DNA of 63,427 nucleotides, filler included, from Choristocarpus tenellus KU-1152 (Eukaryota; Protista; Phaeophyceae): assembly GCA_964200185.2 (NCBI GenBank). It is 12 parts of 12 records of this genome, joined end to end, with 100 filler letters (N's around TTAATTAATTAA, not from the genome) between each part and the next. Parts side by side here need not be neighbours in the genome. Positions count along the whole stretch, not along the records: positions 53,608 to 59,200 come from CAXNAD020010310.1; positions 59,301 to 63,427 come from CAXNAD020016079.1; 10 more parts are not named here. One strand, 5' to 3'. A program made the translations under genes and the position numbers. Below the pieces are notes generated by a model that was given only the letters and a program-made list of their open reading frames with translations, did not search any database and had not been told where the DNA came from. Numbering within the stretch: the first letter of the stretch is position 1; every line of letters starts with the position of its first letter. Positions 53,713 through 63,427 of the stretch are shown here, piece by piece.

Positions 53713-53800
53713 CAAAACAGTGATGGATATGGATGTGGGTTCTCTACAGTGGAACAGCACCAGACAGGTAGACATGGTGAAAGGGATGTGAAGGTCTTAC

Positions 53801-55603
53801 CAAAATATTTTTCGAGTGGGAGCTCCTCTGCAATTCGATTGCGTGCTTGCTGACCGGTTGAGGAATCTATTACAACATGCTTTTTCTGGAGCTGTGATAA
53901 ATATGCAAATCGGAGGAAGGGAATGGTAGCATTGATTGGGAATGAAAATTGTTCTGGGTACATTTTGCAGGCATATGAGGGGTCAGGCACAAGATGATGT
54001 AGACAGTAGGCTGTAATGTAAAGGGCATTGGTGTGTAGGATGTTGAGAGAGTAAAATTATCTTATAGGGTACGAGTTTTGCCCTGTTTGTCCGTTTGGGG
54101 CTTGTCGTCCACCTCATAGTATCCTAGTGGGGGGGGTCAGGAGTCCAAATGGGGCCTTGGCGACTTTGAAATGATTTTCATGCCATTAGAATGAACGTGT
54201 CAGATTTAAGGGCAATTTCCTTCATCTGGATGCACCTTCTTTTTCCACCCCCTTGCCTGGACCATATTTGAAGAGAAATCATCTGCAATATGGGCATCAA
54301 ACTGGAATGTTTCAGCATACTTCAACTAGACCCGAATGGACAACCTAAGCTGACCCCCCCCCACCCTTCAGGACACTACGGGCCTTCCCACGAGTTTTTT
54401 TTATGACATTTTCCTACTCCGAAATCGGAGCAAGTAAGTAAAATGTATACATTATGAAAAGTTTGTCCGGAACAAGGATAATGACACTTCCTAACGAAAA
54501 TGATAGCCAAAATTACATTAAAATCGTAACATTGGATTTTTTCCCCTCAAACGGACATGTCTCTACCCTCTAAGATACTTTGACTCGGACTATTCTGGAG
54601 TGCTATGGCTACTATAAGGGGGGGGGCTCTAAATCTTGATGTGTTCTGATTCTCCTCCCAATCTTTGTGAACACAAACTGTATCTTTTACACACTGAGAG
54701 TTTTGACTTCTCGGCTTCTCCAACACATTTCTTTCATTTGTTCACTTTTTGGGGCTGAACAAGATGCAAGAAATCCTTTCTCTTACATCAAAAGGACAAC
54801 TGTGCACTGGCTGGGGCAGAGGGACGTTGTGTCTGGTGTCTGAGCATTTGTACAACCCAAAGCATTCTAGAGGGTAGGGTCCCATCTGTTCGGGATCATA
54901 AATCCAATGTTGCAATTTTGATTCATTTTGGCTATCGTGTTTGTTTGCAAGTGCTAATGTCCTTGCTCCGGACACATATTTCATCTCCGAATACATATTC
55001 GGTAACTGTTCACACAGAAAACCGCAAAGGGGCATAAATAACCAGTGAGTAGCCAAACCCCGAATAAACAAAGAGGGCAAAACTTCTACTCTATAAAATG
55101 CTTTGACTCCACACTTCTGACTACTGATTTTGGTAATGACAGTCTTTGAAAAAAATAGCACAATACAAACCCTTTCCACTAACAAGACTACATATAAACC
55201 TTGCACAAAGAAAAAGGGGAAAACAAGGAAACAAGTGGTCCACTACTTGTCTTTAGGGTTGTATTCCTGATCTCTACAGGTACCTAATACTCAGGGTATG
55301 CAGCATTTCAAAGTTGTAAACGACCTGAACAATAATAACTATACCATTGTTTACTCACCAAGAGGCCAGGATCTGGCATATGGTAGCCAGAGCGGTTGGC
55401 TGCCTCAGGATTTGGTTGGATTCCCTGTGGTCTGGGGGTTGGAGGCAGCTGTTGGTTTATCCTGCGAAGGCCTTGGACACGAGGGTGAGTAGAGCCCGAG
55501 AAACCTGGTGTCAGGACACGTCGGTGAGGTCTGAACTCCTCACTCGCAGAACCATCCATAGACAGGTGGCGACGACCACGGTCGTTCGGAATGATTGGCA
55601 CTG
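53801..55603 (-). CDS. Two putative exons (55359-55603, 53801-53885) of an unknown protein
   Basis: Strong donors (GTGAGT, GTAAGA) and a phase-0 join: ...HLSMDGSASEEFRPHRRVLTPG...MPDPGLL/KKHVVIDSSTGQQARNRIAEELPLEKYF. Only weak resemblance to AMSH/USP8-type N-termini. Confidence 0.5.
54049..54586 (-). mobile_element. MITE family A carrying a ~270-bp nested TIR element (54113-54382)
   Basis: The family A body is interrupted at the CTTCCCAC site; the insert has imperfect TIRs CTCATAGTATCCT..GTGGGGGGGGTCAG / CTGACCCCCCCCAC..AGGACACTACGGG. Confidence 0.8.
54855..55109 (+). mobile_element. MITE family A, diverged subfamily (as 360-628)
   Basis: ACCCAAAGCATTCTAGAGGGTAG...AAATGCTTTGACTC. Confidence 0.7.
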
Positions 55604-57137
55604 CTGAGGATGAGGGGTGGCAAGGAGATGTAGAAGGAACAAAGTGGTCTTTCAAATTTATAATTATTAGAAAGCGAGAACTCTATGTTGTCAATAATAG
55701 TAAAATCATGTCATAATATTGTAGTGTTGCGTACATGCTGTTTAACGAGTAGTCGTTCGATTTTTCGAGGTTATTGGTAGGTTTGTGATTGTTCGCATCC
55801 TCGAGAGAAAAAAAAAGCCAACCCCTCGATTGTTGTACATAAATGCTCCATGCCGCCTACTCAAACACGTTTTGGAGTCAACCTTCTTTTAATCGCTGCT
55901 GACGATGTGCAGATTGCCTCGTGACTTCTCACGTATTCTACTCACGTGGATATTCTCAACTGACCCAACCTCGGCACAGACAAGATATCACACAATGCCC
56001 AAACAACCCACTTGGCTCCTCCTGAACACCTTGGTTCACGGGTAGTCTATCCCAGCCACAGTGAAAAGAAATTAGATGTACGATTCATGGGGTTAGTTCT
56101 TATTCGATGTAAGACATGCTATGCGACCCATATGGACTGACACAGGGATTTCGAAAGTAATTGCAAATTTATTCTGTCTAAAGAAAGCGAATCAAGTGAT
56201 ATTTTCTGGCTATGATACTTTCACACCTACACACCTACGAAGAGACTAACCTCCTAATGGTAAACCACTCGTTATTTCTGGCAGTGATTGATGCTGACCC
56301 TTGCTGGCAAAGGATCCGCACCTTCAAGGTTCCCTTGCTCAAGGTAGGCAAACCCCCCGTGAAGCAAACTGTTGACATCCTTAGGTCCCTGGCGTAGATC
56401 TGTCGGGACAGTTGGAGCATCGATCTCTCGACGTTTGTGGTCTTCTCTGAAACAGTATTGAAGACTATCCTAGTACAGCACAAACTGGAGGCAAAGTGTA
56501 GCAGCTTCTGTTTGCAGTCGTGAAAATTGTTTGTACTTTTAACTTTTAAGTAAATGAGAGAAGATGCCATGTTGACTTACGCACTCTTTGAGGCCTCGCT
56601 GCTTTAGATTCGATGGCCATGATCCCACTTGTTCTCAAGTGCAAGCTTGAACACATATGATCCTTCAACTTCTCAGTACCCCGAATCTTCTTGATGTAAA
56701 CACATCAACCGACACAACAGCTCATGAAACGTTGAAACCGTCGAACAATTGTTCTGTCGTCTGTGACTTTTCGAACGATGGTACAAACGTAGAGCTCAAC
56801 ATGAAAAAAGGGAGATGTTCAAAGAAGTTCGTGAAACTTGAGCAAATGCCTGAGCCCTTGTGCGCGAAATTTTCTTACAATGGAACTAGGGGGTACCAAC
56901 AAGGCCATCTCGGATGCACGTTCGGAACCAAAGAAAACTTTATACCTTTCATCGAACTTCACGTTGCCCGACACAATCGCGGCCCTGTCTGTACCAGCCA
57001 AGACCCCACCCGCCTGCACTTGTCATCATATACTTCTCAAGAAAGCCCACACTGCCACAGCATCGCGTTGGCATGCAACAGTTTCAGCTAAAGAAAGTGT
57101 GGAAAAAACTGAGGGACAGGGATTACAAGTTGAAAAG

Positions 57138-57740
57138 ATGAATGATGACAACAAAGATCAACCCAAAAAACTCTTGCGAAAGAGTATCCGAGATACCCTG
57201 GACCGCCACGCCCACCTTCAGTGTCCATTGGAGGTGATGGGTGCACAACTTGCTGGTGAGGAACGCGTTGTGAGCCCTGAGAAAATTGTTACAACTTTCA
57301 CTCGCGCCTTTGGGAAGACAGCTATGGAAGCAATTGAGCCTGCTGTTCACCATCTGCGCCATGTCGACGTGAAGCGCGAAATCTCCTTCAGCGACTCCAA
57401 CCGCCTGCTCTGTCGCTACATCGCACTCATCCAGCGACTCAAGAAGCGGGGTGAGGCCGTGCCAGCAGAGTTATATTTGAGGCGTTCCACCCTTTTTGCC
57501 TTGCTAGAGCAGTACGAGGAGGCGAGAGACGACGCTGAGGCTGCACTTAAAGCTGCGAGGGGGATTCTACCTGTTGCGTTCTTCCGTGTGGGATGTGCTG
57601 AGTTTGGGATGAAAAACTATGCAGCAGCAGCAATAGCCTTTCACGATGGACTTCGGCAGTCTCCAGGTAGTCAAGATCTAAAACATGCGCTGGAGGTCGC
57701 CTTAAAGGCGATACGACACAAGCGCTATCGTCAATATTAA
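57138..57740 (+). CDS. Tetratricopeptide-repeat (TPR) protein, apparently single exon (200 aa from ATG 57138; frame open from 56838)
   Basis: AELYLRRSTLFALLEQYEEARDDAEAALKA...AFFRVGCAEFGMKNYAAAAIAFHDGLRQSPGSQDLKHAL = two TPR motifs plus a capping helix; uninterrupted ORF. Confidence 0.85.
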   Translation: MNDDNKDQPKKLLRKSIRDTLDRHAHLQCPLEVMGAQLAGEERVVSPEKIVTTFTRAFGKTAMEAIEPAVHHLRHVDVKREISFSDSNRLLCRYIALIQRLKKRGEAVPAELYLRRSTLFALLEQYEEARDDAEAALKAARGILPVAFFRVGCAEFGMKNYAAAAIAFHDGLRQSPGSQDLKHALEVALKAIRHKRYRQY

Positions 57741-59300
57741 TAGGATGCTGCAATATTCCATCAGGTGCCCTGAAGAAAATCACGTTCTCTCAACACATTA
57801 AGAGGAAGGAACCATCCACTTGCTACCTTGCCCCATATCGTATGTTAGGTGCATAACATCTTTCCCGTGTCAGCAACTTTAATAGAGTTTCAGGCATTGC
57901 ATGTGTTGCTATGTATGATACACAAGTACCAAACCTTGGTAGGGACAATATGTAGTAGATACATTGCATTCCTGCCAGTAAGGACTCCTACTGCCTTTCA
58001 CAACAAGACATCCACCCCGTACTCCTGGTTCACCCTGCAAACTCTCTGCATAAAAAATCTTCCTTTGTCCCAACTAAAGAGGGGAACTGCGAAGGTCCTC
58101 CAACCAGACCAAACTTCCAATTCGCATCCTCTCAAGAAACATCAGATCCTTTTCTGCCCACTCACTTGTTGCTGTACGTAATGGTATGCTCTCTCGAAGT
58201 AGGCACTGTTTGGTTCAGGTCCACCCAAGCTGTCTCCTTGTGCCTGTTTTTTCTCCTGTTTCCCTTCTCCTCCCCAAAGGCATCTTGTCTGGGCCTTTGT
58301 ACCAACTCTGCCACCCCTTTCTGCATCCTCTGCTGCTGTGCTCTCTCCCTCCCTTTCCCTTGCCCTCTGTGCATGACCCTGTCTGTTGCCACTTTGCACT
58401 CTTGCTGCAATGTTTGAACCTTGCAGTGTAGGTGGGCTCAGGGAGGCGGAGGAAATTGATTCCTCCCATAGAGTCACAAAACGATTGCCCTTTTTCGTAT
58501 CAATATCCTGGTGGTGGGCCCTGGCCGGGCTCATACACATCTCCACCTGGCAGTGGTGGTGGAGCCGGACCTAGATTTGTGATCCGTCTGAACCTGCCGC
58601 TGCTGTGAATGCTGCATGTGACGCCTTCCTTCCCTCCTTTGAAGTGGCTTGGTTAACCTGCACCTGCCTCCCCTCCAGACGAATCGGCACATATCCCAGT
58701 GGTACATTTACAAACCTGCCATGTCTGCATCTTTTCCCCAATGTTTATCCCTGGTGCTTAATTCAACGCTCACCTTCTCCAAATTGCGACTCCCAAGTCT
58801 GCATTCAAGACTTCATACTTTGTGGACATGTGTTTGGTGTGTGGACACTCATTCAGACACCTTGTGGCTGCGTTGTTGGAGCTCGTTGTGCACAAGGACT
58901 CCTAGTAGGTCTAGCATAGCTCTCTCCTCGTCTTTAGCATTCAGGTAAATCTGTGCAAATTACCTTGGGAGGTAATGCTATTTGTTAGTAGTGAAGATAA
59001 GAAGGTGTGAAGCCTCACACGACCCCCTTTGCTGAACGTGATTACATGGTTGAAATTGGAAGAGAGAGAGTGACCTTTGTGGGGTGTCTTCTCCTTGTTT
59101 GTTTATTATTATTATTGTGTTTTCGTTATCTATTTCAAAGTAGCGAAAGGTAATGAATAATAAACAAATTCCCTTATAATCTGGATGTACTATCTCATTA
59201 NNNNNNNNNNNNNNNNNNNNNNNNNNNNNNNNNNNNNNNNNNNNTTAATTAATTAANNNNNNNNNNNNNNNNNNNNNNNNNNNNNNNNNNNNNNNNNNNN

Positions 59301-59345
59301 GTGAAAAACGGATGCCGACACCCCCCCCTCCAGATACTTTGACCC
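59301..59345. mobile_element. End of MITE family C
   Basis: Reverse complement of the left end of 23768-23939 (GAAAAAC.GA.GCCGACACCCCC...AGATACTTTGACCC). Confidence 0.8.
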
Positions 59346-59950
59346 TAATGCTGTGTGTCTTTATTGCCCGCACTATGAGAAGAAAATGGGGCATAGCCCA
59401 ACAGAATTCCATTCTGGTTGATAGAGAAGGGAGACGATGCAGATTGAGGTGATTGCTCGGTTACAGAAAACAAAAAGTTAAATGCAATGTGAATGGGAAA
59501 TGTGCAAAAGGAGACTGTATGGGAAGAGGCTGCTGATATTACATGGAAAAGAGGTCATAAACAATGTCATTCGCTTCGAAGTTGAATGTGCTGTTTTGAT
59601 ATTATGCATGCAATTGGGCATGAATAGATAACCGAGGTCAACAACACCACATGCAAAATACTTGCGCACGTTTCCAGAGGGGGTCCAAGCTACAGTGAGT
59701 GGGTGTAGGCTCGTGAAAGGAACATACTTGAGTGAGAGGGAGTCACCATCACATTGGTATACACCCATCACAATTATATGTGCCCAGGACTATTAGAAAA
59801 TGCTGCCCCAGTCCTCTTACAGACTCTTTGCCTCTGTTGTACCTGCTTCAGAAAAGTCATGCGAGCTGAACACACCACAGACGCTAATTGCACATAAAGT
59901 TGTTTTGTGTTGTTACAATTACAATCACTTCTAGTTCCTCTTGTACTTCT

Positions 59951-60060
59951 AACAGCCGAGATTTAAAAAAAAAAACATATCGACACTTTATCCCAGTCAA
60001 TTTTGGGTCAAGCCCATCCTCAATGAAAAGCTCCATCCTCAATTTTTGAAATCGGCTGTT
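59951..60060 (-). mobile_element. MITE family E, asymmetric form (110 bp)
   Basis: AACAGCCGA...TCGGCTGTT termini; matches 27470-~27560 in reverse orientation; TSD TTCT/TTCT. Confidence 0.88.
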
Positions 60061-63000
60061 TTCTGTGTACACGTCGCAATACGTACGTGTGATGTGGGTG
60101 GGAAGGAGAATTGACCACCCACCTGCATGCAATCAACGAACTTCGTACAGTAATGCGATTACAGAACGTCAGTCACGTAGAAGAGGTTAGTAGAGCACGT
60201 ACATTGTCTACCACTTGTCAAGAGCAGCGATGTATAATCTTGAAGAAAGCGAGGAACACACACATACATATACAATACCATTTTTACTTGTTGAGGGCAT
60301 TCGCATCGTCTTTGGGAGTGTAATAATACACGAAAGGGTCGTGAATGTAATTTTTTGAAGAGTTACACAATAATCCAAACAAGCAAGAATTCCACGTTGC
60401 AAACTCTGGTTGTGTAGGTATCTACTCTGGGTCCTACAGGTAGACACTACCGTGCCTTGGCACTAACAGCAATAATACCTCATCTGTATGCATTTTGTTT
60501 TCAAGACCTGCCACCCTTCAGCTGACTCAGCCACATCCACGTTTAGGCAGCGTGCAGGGCATGACCGAATATGGTCACCACTCTTTCAACACATGAAAAA
60601 GAATGGTTTTGAGAGGGACAGGATAGCCAGTACATCCCAAAGAGGCAATCAATCTCTACCGTACCCCCGCGCACAAGTTCCATGCCCTTTAGCGGTCCTC
60701 AAATTCTTCCCAGAAAAATACATATATAAATGCATTAGAACAAACTTACAATGTATTCTAATTGAGTGATCAAGATCAACTTGAAAAGCTAGAATAGTAA
60801 TAATCCAACTATAATCAAATCCTTACATTATTCGAACATTTTCCAAATATACAAACCACTACAATACTTCATATAATTATATTAATATACCCTCTAAGAT
60901 TTTCAGATGTGTAAAAAAACAAATATATATTGTTCTAGAGATATATGAGGGAGAGAGTAAGTCTATGTAAGGTACTTTCGTAAAAATATGATATTTCTCT
61001 CAAAGAAAATCTGTATCTTCTCGTAAGTAATGGGTAGTTCACAACCCGTGGTATTTTCTTTACGTATCATATTATCATATTATAGACCAATCACCACACA
61101 TTGGTGTATCACCACTGCAAACAAAAATCAAGTAAGTTTGAAACTTGTTCAAAGCTAAGAGGTTACAACTGTATCATCTTTGATATCTTATAGGAGTAGT
61201 CCTAACGTTACTATTAGTTACCAAGGGTTGTGTATTTGCTGAAAATAGAGAAAACACTTCATCTAAAAGAATATCAGATGTGAATGGTTCGCAAATTCTT
61301 AAAAAGGATAAGGGGACAGCAATTTGGCAGGGGGCTGGCTGTATGGGGACTTAGTAAAATTTCAATTTGATATATTTATAACTTGTATAGATTTAGATCC
61401 TGCTACAGATCCTGTTACTGATGGTGTTAATCTTATTTCGGAAATATTAATACCTTCAGAAGAAACTAACAGTTTCGCAATGCGTACAACTTTCATTGTA
61501 TTTGTCCATAACACGTGGAATTGAGTGAAGGTTAGACCACACCCTCCAGGTCTATATCATTAATTGGTTGGCGCTAATAAACCACATCACTCCAATTGCA
61601 TGAGTCTGTCTATTGCATCTCGTCGTGGTTAAATGAACGTTTTGTATGGCTTGGTTGATATTTCGCTTCCATACCCTTAGACCTCACCTCTGTGTATGAA
61701 CATTTAGGGGAGTTGGCTTGTACAATGAACCCAACCTCACTGTCATTTATCATCTCCACCGCCATCTCCGGGGTTGTTCCTGTTGGTCAGTAGTAGGTTT
61801 TTCACAAAAGAGGCAACAACAACTCCGGCTCATCTCCCTATATAGGTGTATCGTTGTATCTCATAGGAAATATGATACTTCTACCCTGTTGTACATAAAA
61901 AAAGGTACCTCCTACAATATCACCTCTGAAAAGACAGTACTGATGTACTAAGAACGTTTAAAATACGCAATTCATATCACCACTTTCCCCCCTATAAGTT
62001 TGGAATCCTTGATTATCAAAGTGTGAGTAAGAGACAGAGAGTGCCAGGTTGTTCTTTGGAAGAAGGTAAGGCCGAACATTATATCTCTGAGAAAGGTGAA
62101 GATGGAATCCATTATTTCCATGGAGGAGAAAGCTTCCTACTCCAAAGGGCATTTACCACCTAATACTACTGAGACTATGGAAGAGGAAGGTGCACGGTGA
62201 GAATGCTAAGGTAGGTAGTTTGTAGGATACTGGTTTGTAGCTTTAGCTCTCTTGTGTGTAGTATAGCTGTATGTGGGATGTGTGGATATGGACCAGTGGA
62301 GCACAGTTATGGTTGTGTTCGTAGTAGGGGGTATGTACCAACACAAACCAGCTACATACAAGTGTTCGGCGATTAGTCTTCTCACCTAGGGGGTAGCCTG
62401 TATCGACGGATAAAGTACACTATGGGAATAAAATAATATGTTGTAACACACAAACATAACAATACCCATATTGGGGTGACCAGATCAATCTCCCCTGTGT
62501 CCAAGAGGTGTTACATAGCACCCTCCCCTATGTATCTGCCTATAATGGCTCTCGAGTGTAGGTTACAATTAATCGACTCCTGAAAGGTAGCCTTAGTCAC
62601 CTACTTCGTCCTTGGCAAGTTTTATGACTACTTCCAGCAACCAAGTATATATTTGCCGGCAGATTATACAACTTCAAGGAGACGGCAGGGTAGAGACCAA
62701 CCCGCGGAAACCAGCACCCAAGAAGGAGGTGCAGTCCACACACAGCTTTGACTCAGGACCTCTTATTGTGCTCAACAGATGTGACTGATGGACGATAAAA
62801 TGATGGTATCGACACTATATGGTGAGATGAAGGCAATGAATGACCTTGGGAGGCTCTGAGGATTTACGGACAAAGGTCAGGGTGTGAGTGTTTCCATTAG
62901 TTGATTGGTGTGAACTTGTTCAAAACAGAGCATGCTTGAGTGTCTTCTACAGTGTGTGCATGCGCGTCCATGTGTACAGGGTGTCGACGCCTGTATATTT

Positions 63001-63343
63001 TTCATGTACATTGCTTTTGAATTCTTACTGACACTTTTTCCCCCAATACGAAAATCTACAGTCTTCCAGATAAACACTGTTGTCCACAATGAGTAATGCC
63101 ATCTCTCCCTATCTAGTTACCTTTCCCCCTGCTTTTTCGACAATTATATGCACCATGTTGACAAATCAGAGCTATAGTGGTAAACATCTTCACACTGCAG
63201 TGCAAGGGTCACAAGGACGCTTGACCAAAATGATCGTAATGGAGGTTGAAGAAGAAATAAAAGAGTCAAACCACCAATTGAGAGGTAAGCAGGTATGGAC
63301 CACTCTAAGCCATCTTTCTTACCCTGTTCATACACTATATTTT

Positions 63344-63427
63344 GGTTCAGAGTATCTGGGGGGGGGGGTCTACACCGGGGGGTCCATTCGGGCTTGGCCA
63401 GGAGAAGGTCACTTACATTGTCCATCC
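63344..63427 (-). mobile_element. End of MITE family B running off the window
   Basis: GGTTCAGAGTATCTGGGGGGGGGGGTCTACAC...GGTCCATT is the reverse complement of the family B right end. Confidence 0.75.

Noticed and set aside
53801-55603. Treating these exons as upstream AHI1 exons (HVVIDSSTGQ resembles an AHI1 segment)
   Set aside because: The similarity is only a few residues, the flanking sequence does not fit, and a spacer intervenes.
56657-57091. Overlapping ORF suggesting a programmed frameshift into the TPR ORF
   Set aside because: No recognisable domain or slippery site; the TPR ORF has its own ATGs.
59346-63343. Coding potential in the last contig
   Set aside because: Only short, unconnected frames; nothing supportable.

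Overview
Eukaryotic, intron-rich, transposon-littered DNA. Gene content and TE types suggest a flagellate stramenopile, probably a brown alga or relative (inference). The window is 12 contigs joined by identical 100-bp spacers (N44-TTAATTAATTAA-N44), so adjacency across spacers is not evidence of linkage. Spliced genes rebuilt by hand: (1) the 3' part of an EGF-like type I membrane protein; (2) a 13-exon family-A DNA polymerase domain (POLN/Pol I-like) with Leu at the O-helix position equivalent to E. coli Phe762; (3) the WD40 region of a jouberin/AHI1-like gene; (4) the 5' exons of a coiled-coil/low-complexity protein; (5) an intronless TPR gene; plus weaker orphan exon chains. The mobile fraction is dominated by a decayed Sola2-type DDD transposase and at least four non-autonomous MITE families with related GRG/GRC-YCAAAGTA termini, several with 4-bp TSDs and several nested inside the transposase itself. 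Also present: a further 4-bp-TSD MITE family, a near full-length decayed Ty1/copia element, other copia fragments, an RTE LINE fragment and CRE-like non-LTR relics. No rRNA, tRNA or CRISPR array was recognised. Family assignments rest on remembered motifs, not database searches.
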